Assembly: GCA_032027085.1 (NCBI GenBank)
Contig: JAVSMS010000001.1
Coordinates: forward strand, 272,783-336,782
Reading direction: 5' to 3'
Source: Pseudorhodoplanes sp.
GTDB taxonomy: Bacteria; Pseudomonadota; Alphaproteobacteria; Rhizobiales; Xanthobacteraceae
DNA: 64,000 nt
Under the pieces are notes generated by a model. It was not told the DNA's origin, ran no database searches, and saw only the letters and a list, made by a program, of their open reading frames with translations. Positions within the stretch are counted from its first letter, which is position 1. Every line of letters starts with the position of its first letter. Positions 58,007 to 64,000 of the stretch are shown here, in pieces. The position numbers were made by a program, and so were the translations under genes.

Positions 58007-60187
58007 TCACTTGGTGTTGGCACGCTGCTGTGTTGATCGCCTTGCCCGGACCTTTTCAAGTCTGGCTTTCAGAATCGCGGGTTTCGATCCAGGCGCTTTG
58101 ATCTGCCGGTCGTATCTCTCCAGTACCGCCAATTCGTCCTCCTGCCTGTCGAGCTTCCGGTAAACTATGGCAAGCTGCTCATAGTACCAAGGGGCGACGC
58201 CGAAGCCGCTGCTTCGAGATTCGGTTTCTTGGCTTTCGATCTCCTCAAGAAGGAGACGAACGGCATCATCCAGCCTGCGCTCGCGTTTTGCGGCATTCAC
58301 CTGGTCGACCAGCAGCGAAATTCTGGAAGCCTCGGGTGTAAGACCGTTCAACGAGATGTTGCGTGTGTCGTCGTCCACCTCGTCCTCATCGGCGTCGGCC
58401 GTGGCACCGTCGGTCCCAAGCATCAGCTTGAAGTCGGTTTCTCCGATGATCCGTAAAGCGGCTCCTTCGCGGATGAGCTGCTCGGCACGGCGATGCTTGG
58501 CGCTCTGTTCCTCGCCAGCCAAGCGGCGCAGATCTTGATCGCCAACGACCAGGATGGAAGTTTCCTCCGTCACGCTGCCGGCAACCTCCATGCCGGCGGC
58601 AGCCGCCATATCCGCGGCCTCCGCACGCGTGATGGACAACTTACCGGTAAACACGACAACTTCACCCGAGAGCGGTCCATCAGGCCTGCCACTTCGGATC
58701 TGCCGGCCTCCGATTCCGGAGATCGGCGCCGTGACACGGTCGAGCCATTCGTCCAGCGGACAGCCCGTATCGGTTATAGCTCTCAGCACGATCATTCCAG
58801 CGGCTCGTGCATCCTCGCAGGCATCGTGATGCTCGAAATCAATTCCAAACGTGTCCGCCAGATTCTTGAGGCCATACCCACGTTTCGCAAAGCGTTCCCA
58901 CGCCCGCCGCGCAACGCGCGCGCTGTCGAGCCACCGGCATGATGGATCGGGAAGGCCGTATTTCTGTGCCGCGCGGCAGAGCGCCACGCGGTCAAAATGT
59001 GTGTGGTGAACGACCACGGCAGTCTGCAGTGCCGCGGCTACAACAGGCAGCGCCTCGCGCATCGTCGGCTTACCCGCAACGTCCTCTGGACGAATACCAT
59101 GGATGGAGATGTTGACCGGATCGAAATGATCCTCCGGGTCGATCAGGATCGTAAGCTTCCGGCTAATCTCGCCGCTCTTGAAGTGAACAAGGCCGATCGC
59201 ACAAATGCTTGCCATATCGGCATTCGCCGTCTCGACATCAACTGCAAGAAAATCGGCAGAGGCCAACTGCTGGGCTGCGAGGGCCTGACTGCTTGCGGCT
59301 TTCGCCCTCGCCTCCTCTATCGCCCGCACAAGTGCCGCGACAGCGAGCTGCTCCTGCTCTGAGTAGGTGCCGTCGGCTTTCACAAGAGCGGTGAGATGCG
59401 GCACGAGAAGATCGAGCGCTCCAGGATCGCGCTCAAGCCGGGAGAGGCAAGACTCCATCGATTGCTCCGATGGATAGAGCGTATCGGCGTAGGCGGCGAC
59501 GTCAGCACTCACCTCGTCGCTCGGAGTTAGCCCGGCGCGCTGAAATACTGCCCCGATGTATTTCGTAACGACGTCCCGCTCCGCGGCAGGCAAGACATCG
59601 CCGTCGGATCGGGCCAGATAGAGAAGGACCGCCAGACCGTCACGGCAAAGAAGTTTGGGATTTACCTTTGCTGCGGCACGCGCCTCGGTAGGAAGCTTCG
59701 GCAGATAGGTGCGCAAGAAGGTGGTTGGATCAGCGACACTCGTCCACGCTGGAGGAAGCATCAGCTTCAGCATGCGATCACTGCGGAATGTTCGCCAGTC
59801 TTTGCGGAGAAGGCACCAACCTTCCAGATAAAAAAACTCTCCGCCGCCCGGACTTACGCGTCCGGCAATGACACGCCGCGCCGATACCTCGCCAGAGGCG
59901 TTGGCATATTCCAATCCCAAGGCCACGCCTTCGATTTCATCTGGCAGACCATCGCTGTTGTCGTCACGAAAGATGCACTGCTGCTCCTCGACAGCATCCT
60001 CTGCTGGCCCACCCTCGACAATGTTGAGGCGCGGAGGCGTTCGTGCCTCGCGGCCCCGGAACCAGCTGAGCAGTGACACCGCTCCCCCTCTCCAACGAAG
60101 CATCCGCCCCCTGGCGGCTCTCGCAGGCGCCGCCAGAACTTGCGGGATCGTGATGGAGTTGCATGATGCCCCTGCGACAACCCACAC
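58007..60187 (-). CDS. multidomain protein: WYL-like domain, TerB-like domain, DEDDh 3'-5' exonuclease, BRCT domain, helical C-terminal tail
   Basis: - WYL-like: SARRVIAGRVS...FYLEGWCLLRKDWRTFRSDRMLKL.
- TerB-like: LAVLLYLARSDGDVLPAAERDVV and LVKADGTYSEQEQLAV.
- Exonuclease: FLAVDVETAN...SIHGI...HHDACEDARA.
- BRCT: GEVVVFTGKLSITRAEAADMAAAAGMEVAGSVTEETSILVVGD.

The first ~30 codons look non-coding, so the true start may be MLRWRGG at about 60103. Confidence 0.75.
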   Translation of the reverse strand: MWVVAGASCNSITIPQVLAAPARAARGRMLRWRGGAVSLLSWFRGREARTPPRLNIVEGGPAEDAVEEQQCIFRDDNSDGLPDEIEGVALGLEYANASGEVSARRVIAGRVSPGGGEFFYLEGWCLLRKDWRTFRSDRMLKLMLPPAWTSVADPTTFLRTYLPKLPTEARAAAKVNPKLLCRDGLAVLLYLARSDGDVLPAAERDVVTKYIGAVFQRAGLTPSDEVSADVAAYADTLYPSEQSMESCLSRLERDPGALDLLVPHLTALVKADGTYSEQEQLAVAALVRAIEEARAKAASSQALAAQQLASADFLAVDVETANADMASICAIGLVHFKSGEISRKLTILIDPEDHFDPVNISIHGIRPEDVAGKPTMREALPVVAAALQTAVVVHHTHFDRVALCRAAQKYGLPDPSCRWLDSARVARRAWERFAKRGYGLKNLADTFGIDFEHHDACEDARAAGMIVLRAITDTGCPLDEWLDRVTAPISGIGGRQIRSGRPDGPLSGEVVVFTGKLSITRAEAADMAAAAGMEVAGSVTEETSILVVGDQDLRRLAGEEQSAKHRRAEQLIREGAALRIIGETDFKLMLGTDGATADADEDEVDDDTRNISLNGLTPEASRISLLVDQVNAAKRERRLDDAVRLLLEEIESQETESRSSGFGVAPWYYEQLAIVYRKLDRQEDELAVLERYDRQIKAPGSKPAILKARLEKVRARRSTQQRANTK

Positions 60188-60210
60188 GCAAGCAGTCGCT
60201 TCGCTGGCTG

Positions 60211-60714
60211 CTATTTCAAGCAGCCGGCCGCTTGCTCTTTCGCGCCGAACGGGACCGGAGAGGCGTCCGAGGGGGCGTCACGGCCACGACACCGAACTTC
60301 GATCTTCTCCCCGGCTGCTCTGATCGACGGCGACAACATCCACGCCGGATTATGGGGTGGCCCGTACGCCGACCAGGTCAGCATGCATACCCGCTCCTCC
60401 CAATGTGCCAGAGTTGATGGAGGCGCTTCGTTTATATCCGGGAAGTAGCGGACGGTGCCGTCCTCGTATGTTTCAGAACCCAATGGATTGAAATAGGTGC
60501 CCCAAGGGCTCGGGCCATTTCTACCGGGGCTGAGGCCAAACGACATGATCTCGATCCCAGCCCCCAGGTTTGCTTCGCCTACAGGCTCTTGCAGAGCTGC
60601 TCTCGCGTTGGCGAGCGCAGAATGAACCTCCACCTCTGCAAAAGGGGTGGAGCGGCCTTCAAAATCCTGGACAACCGCCTCAATGGTGGCGGGAATATCA
60701 AATTCTTCGGTCAT
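60211..60714 (-). CDS. hypothetical protein
   Basis: 167-aa ORF lying between the DUF4411 gene and the 726-aa gene on the same strand. The N-terminal ~110 aa look protein-like, but the C-terminal ~50 aa are compositionally odd, which suggests possible truncation or a frameshift. Confidence 0.35.
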   Translation of the reverse strand: MTEEFDIPATIEAVVQDFEGRSTPFAEVEVHSALANARAALQEPVGEANLGAGIEIMSFGLSPGRNGPSPWGTYFNPLGSETYEDGTVRYFPDINEAPPSTLAHWEERVCMLTWSAYGPPHNPAWMLSPSIRAAGEKIEVRCRGRDAPSDASPVPFGAKEQAAGCLK

Positions 60715-60769
60715 GGATCACGGCCCATCTTTCGACGTCAGGATGTCCGCACGAATTGATCCCATGACC

Positions 60770-61234
60770 TCAACCAATAACCCACTTTTCCGCGCGAATC
60801 ATCTGCAAGAGGCTCATATAGGTGACGCCAAAATCCCCACAAACATCAGGGATGTTCGGCCGATTGAGATTCCCTGTTGGTCTTTCTTCGGTGACTATCA
60901 TCAACCTACGCACGGTCGCAGTCGCGATTACAAACGGGTCAGCCGAAGTTCGTTGCTTCTTGGCAGCAACAAGCCGGGGATGCTTGGCTAGAACGGCTTT
61001 GGCTTGGAGCTGGATGGCATCCTCCAGCGGGAGGAACATCCCATCATGTTCCTTGAGCCAGCTATATAGTTCCGCAGACTTTGGCTCGGTTTCATCGAGT
61101 ACAGGTTCAGGCGCAAGGATTTTGCCATCAGCGATGGCCTGCTCAAATAACAGCCAAAATTTGGGGAAATTCTCCAACGGGTAACGCTCCTCCCATGCGG
61201 CGATGATGCAACTGGTGTCGATGCAATATGCCAA
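60770..61234 (-). CDS. DUF4411 (PIN-like) family protein
   Basis: 154 aa. MAYCIDTSCIIAAWEERYPLENFPKFW...PVLDE is the characteristic DUF4411 N-terminus. It lies 11 nt downstream of an HTH-ImmA/IrrE gene, the usual partner. Confidence 0.75.
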   Translation of the reverse strand: MAYCIDTSCIIAAWEERYPLENFPKFWLLFEQAIADGKILAPEPVLDETEPKSAELYSWLKEHDGMFLPLEDAIQLQAKAVLAKHPRLVAAKKQRTSADPFVIATATVRRLMIVTEERPTGNLNRPNIPDVCGDFGVTYMSLLQMIRAEKWVIG

Positions 61235-61245
61235 GAGCGTCTACC

Positions 61246-62442
61246 TCACGCCGGCACGCCAAAGGCGAGGCGTTCAATGGGAGGAACGTACTTGGCCTGG
61301 ACGCCCAAATAGCCAGACACCGCACTAAGGGTAAGCTGATTGTTATGGTAGCCCTGCAAGACCAGCCGCGCGAACCCGCGACCGATATAGCCGAGGACCT
61401 GCTGCCGATACGGTGCAAAGCCGCTCGGCGCTTCCTCTATCTCTTCCTCTCGCTGCCGCGCATATTCGGCACGCTTGCCCTGGTAGAACGCATTGGTCAC
61501 TTGGCGAAGTTCGACCAACCGCACGAGCAAGGCTTCCCGGCTAACGCCATATCGACGCGCAAGGGATTCAATTTCCTCGTCGCTCCATAGGGAGCGAAGC
61601 GGCGTCTTCGCGCGGACAACGGCTTCGGCCAGCAAATCGTCTCTGGGCATCAAGGATGCCGCAGCAACCTGGTTGCAAAACCGTTCCATCGCCCGAACCG
61701 GCGCCGGCAGCGTGTCGCCCGGCTCAACGGTGTTTTCAATCACGCTCTGGCCGAGAATGATGTGCCCGAGTTCATGCAGGAGCGTGAAGATACGCCCGCC
61801 GCTGCGATCCTTGCCGTTGACCACAATCATCGGCAGCGGCTGGTCGGCAATGGCGAAGCCACGCATCTCCTCGATATCAATCTGATGGTGCGCGCCGCCA
61901 ATCACCGACACCAAGACGCCGGCGCCCTCGATCGCATCGCGCCAAGCTCTAAAAGCCTTACTGGTATCGCCCCATCGGCTCTGCCGTGCCAACGTAATAC
62001 CCAACCGCTCGCGAATACGCATGCCAATGACTTCGGCGTTGTCGTTCACGCCCGCGGTTAGTCCTAAAGCATCGGGCTGCTCACCGAGGGTTTCCAACAC
62101 TTCGAGCGCCACCAAGCGCCGCTCGTGAGCTGCGCGGACTTCATAAGCAAGCTCGCTGCTGAACCTGCCCGCACGCGCAGCCGCAAGCCGGCGGAAATCC
62201 CGCAACGCTTGGAAGCCCTGCGGCGGCTCCGGCAAATAGAATACGCTCAACGGACGCTTACATTTCTTGGCAATCTTGCGAAGTTGCGCGATGGACGGCT
62301 TGTCTTCGTCAGATTCCCACGCCTGTACACGCTCAACTGCCACGCCGATGCCCTCCGCCAGCTCCTCTTGGCTCAAGGAGGCGGTCTCTCGGGCCCAAAC
62401 CAGCATCGCCGGTTCGACTAGGGCTTTAATGCGTCCAGACAT
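61246..62442 (-). CDS. XRE HTH / ImmA-IrrE zinc metallopeptidase fusion protein
   Basis: 398 aa. N-terminal HTH (LSQEELAEGIGVAVERVQAWESDEDKPSIAQLRKIAK) and a central HELGHIILG metallopeptidase motif. Confidence 0.8.
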   Translation of the reverse strand: MSGRIKALVEPAMLVWARETASLSQEELAEGIGVAVERVQAWESDEDKPSIAQLRKIAKKCKRPLSVFYLPEPPQGFQALRDFRRLAAARAGRFSSELAYEVRAAHERRLVALEVLETLGEQPDALGLTAGVNDNAEVIGMRIRERLGITLARQSRWGDTSKAFRAWRDAIEGAGVLVSVIGGAHHQIDIEEMRGFAIADQPLPMIVVNGKDRSGGRIFTLLHELGHIILGQSVIENTVEPGDTLPAPVRAMERFCNQVAAASLMPRDDLLAEAVVRAKTPLRSLWSDEEIESLARRYGVSREALLVRLVELRQVTNAFYQGKRAEYARQREEEIEEAPSGFAPYRQQVLGYIGRGFARLVLQGYHNNQLTLSAVSGYLGVQAKYVPPIERLAFGVPA

Positions 62443-62582
62443 GCTTCATCCCAATTGCCGAAGAATCGTACCATCAACTTCAAGGGCTGGGAGGGAATTA
62501 GACACGCGGCGGCCTAACAAAGCGTCAGCCCTGTGGCGCGTCAGACCCACATATGTCAGACCCACATATAGTGAGAAACTCT

Positions 62583-62640
62583 TGGTTGCGGGGGAGGATT
62601 TGAACCTCCGACCTCAAGGTTATGAGCCCGACGCGCTACT
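62583..62640 (-). pseudogene. tRNA-Met(CAT)-like 3' fragment (initiator-type), not a complete tRNA
   Basis: The minus-strand sense reads GTAGCGCG-TCGGG-CTCATAA-CCTTG-AGGTC-GGAGG-TTCAAAT-CCTCC-CCCGCAA-CCA. The T arm, the anticodon loop with CAT and the 3' acceptor plus CCA are recognisable. The anticodon stem does not pair, and no matching 5' acceptor strand or D arm follows. Confidence 0.55.
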
Positions 62641-62675
62641 GGCAAGAAACCGCTTTTTGCTATTGTGACTGCCGC

Positions 62676-62900
62676 CCCTAGCACTCAGTGAGATACGCGC
62701 CAGTCTCCGCCGCGATTCTCCCGAAAACGGGAATCTGCGCGGCGTTGTGTGGAGACGGCGGGGTAATTTCGGGTCTCATTCGCCGTCTCTCGTGACGCAG
62801 AGACAGAAGTAGTGGCGAAGATCCGCCGAATTCCCCGCAGAAATCGCCACTATTCTGGAGAGACGCCCGCCGCGCGAAAACCGGCACAGTGGCTGGCTGG
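62676..62900. repeat. copy B of the ~210-bp structured repeat (copy A at 22692..22913)
   Basis: AGATACGCGCCAGTCTCC (62691) through TGGCTGGCTGG (62900). Same order of GTCTC/GAGAC helices as copy A. Confidence 0.8.
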
Positions 62901-63447
62901 GTTAGCTTGATTCGAACTCTCGCATTCCACATGCGATTTCGCGGCTTTGTATGCCGAAGATTTCGTCAGCTGCTTGCTAACCATAGGACTGATTTCAGCT
63001 GGCGTTTGCGGCGGATATTCCTATTCTTAGTCCTGCCGGCGCAGCTCTGTGTTCGGCGGCCACCGCCAGGTGCTTGCAACACCCGACGGCGGCCTAACCA
63101 CACCCGACTGTTGAGGAGTCAGATATGGCTAAGGCCGCTTTTAGCGCCGATTCGGCGCATTTTCCCGCTCTCATTTTGCCCGCACTTGCGGGCCTTCAGC
63201 CGCCGCCCGACGGCGCGCGCCCGCCCCTGGCCGCGCACGGCGCCCCGCTCACCACCTCCAAACGCAACTAGGCATCGATCGGCGATCGGGTCCGGTCTGA
63301 CGGCGCCTCGCGCCGGCAGAGGGCCTCTTCCGATTGCGCATCGTCCCTCGGCATGTCCGCACCTTTGCGGGCGTGAACGATGATGTGCGGCCAGTTGGAG
63401 GACGTCTCACGGCCCGATCGCCGATCCCGGCACATGGGATCGAACCA

Positions 63448-64000
63448 ATGAGCATCATCATTCCTGGCGGAGCGGAGGCCTCAGGCTTTGCGTCCACAGT
63501 CCTGCGGCATTTTCCCGACGGTACGGCGCCGCGCGAGGTCATCGACCGCGGCCAGACTCTGCGGGTACTGGCCTTCCCGTTCAGCTGGGCCGCAGAGATT
63601 TGCGCGGCGCACGATCTGCGCAGTGCGGGCAGCTACATTCTCGCCGGCGACGGTGAGGCCTATATCGGCGAGACCGGGGATCTCGCCAGCCGTCTCCTCA
63701 CCCATGCGCAGGATCTCGACAAGGCGTTCGCAACCGAGGTCTTCGCCGTCTCCGCCTTTAACAACAAGCTGTTCGACAAGGATACCGCCCAACACTTCGA
63801 GCTGCGCTTTCTGCAGGATGCGAAGGCCGCCGGCCTCGTTCGGCTGCGCAACCAGAACACGCCGCCGCAGCCGCGCCGAACGGCCGAGCGTCTCGTGACG
63901 CTGAACCGCATGGTGAATGATGCGCAGCGCCTCTTGTTCGATGCCGGCTGCCGTATCTTCCACTCGGCCAATGGCAGCGCCATCCGTGCCAGACGCAAGG
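63448..64000 (+). CDS. GIY-YIG-type nuclease family protein, partial (runs off the window end)
   Basis: Open frame from ATG 63448 to the window edge, absent from the ORF track because it has no stop codon. Translation: ...GSYILAGDGEAYIGETGDLASRLLTHAQDLDKAFATEVFAVSAFNNKLFDKDTAQHFELRFLQDAKAAGLVRLRNQNTPPQP. It follows the Y-x-L...YIGE....RL..H...F..........L.K.....LE.R......... pattern of GIY-YIG/DUF4357-type proteins. Confidence 0.55.
   Translation, partial: MSIIIPGGAEASGFASTVLRHFPDGTAPREVIDRGQTLRVLAFPFSWAAEICAAHDLRSAGSYILAGDGEAYIGETGDLASRLLTHAQDLDKAFATEVFAVSAFNNKLFDKDTAQHFELRFLQDAKAAGLVRLRNQNTPPQPRRTAERLVTLNRMVNDAQRLLFDAGCRIFHSANGSAIRARRK

Noticed and set aside
62583-62660. Possible complete tRNA gene on the minus strand
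   Set aside because: Only the 3' two-thirds is tRNA-like. No 5' acceptor strand (TTGCGGG) or D arm can be formed, and the anticodon stem does not pair. I report it as a fragment instead.
63125-63271. 48-codon ORF with a GAGGAG ribosome-binding site downstream of repeat B
   Set aside because: It has a good RBS, but the peptide is Ala/Pro-rich and low in complexity, and no homology is recognisable. It cannot be supported from sequence alone.
63481-63963. 160-aa minus-strand ORF and the overlapping 136-aa plus-strand ORF (63488..63898)
   Set aside because: Both are alternative frames of the better-supported open-ended GIY-YIG-type ORF that starts at 63448.

Overview
This is a 64-kb high-GC accessory region. 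Its gene content looks like Rhizobiales/Bradyrhizobiaceae, but that is inference because the window holds no rRNA or marker gene.

Layout:
1. 1.7-10.5 kb, module 1: ParB-nuclease/DNA-methyltransferase fusion, DUF5681 protein, frameshifted terminase-large-subunit (TerL) gene plus a duplicated TerL 3' fragment, a DUF4268/NucS-like gene with an XRE regulator, then DUF3489, DUF2924 and a large serine recombinase.
2. 10.5-22.6 kb, defence-type cargo directly downstream of that recombinase: a TM0106-type RecB-like nuclease; a complete type III CBASS operon (TRIP13-like ATPase, two small HORMA-type proteins, CD-NTase, nuclease-SAVED Cap4) with divergent CapH/CapP-like regulators; and an uncharacterised pair of a DUF2235 alpha/beta hydrolase and a 1126-aa SF2 helicase.
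3. 22.7-26.0 kb: a structured ~210-bp repeat, an array of CAGGGAAT motifs, an intact IS66-family element and a second IS66 left-end remnant.
4. 26.0-50.4 kb, catabolic/transport island: two CocE/NonD hydrolases, an acyl-CoA ligase, a Liv-type ABC system, MarR/GntR/IclR regulators, a GcvT-family (LigM-like) enzyme, flavin reductase, FAH hydrolase, MFS transporter, FAD oxidoreductase and hydantoinase A/B. It also holds IS30- and IS3-type transposase remnants.
5. 50.5-57.8 kb, module 2: an intact, co-oriented paralog of module 1.
6. 58.0-62.4 kb, a different cargo: an HTH-ImmA/IrrE fusion, a DUF4411 PIN-like protein, a 167-aa unknown, and a 726-aa WYL-TerB-DEDDh exonuclease-BRCT protein.
7. 62.58-62.9 kb: a tRNA-Met-like 3' fragment and the second copy of the structured repeat. 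A partial GIY-YIG-type gene runs off the right edge.

I found no rRNA, no intact tRNA and no CRISPR array.

The most interesting hypotheses:
- The two packaging-plus-recombinase modules have no virion genes and may be satellite-like integrative elements with defence cargo slots.
- The DUF2235 + helicase pair is a candidate new defence module.
- The HTH-ImmA / DUF4411 / WYL-TerB-exonuclease-BRCT cluster is a second candidate.
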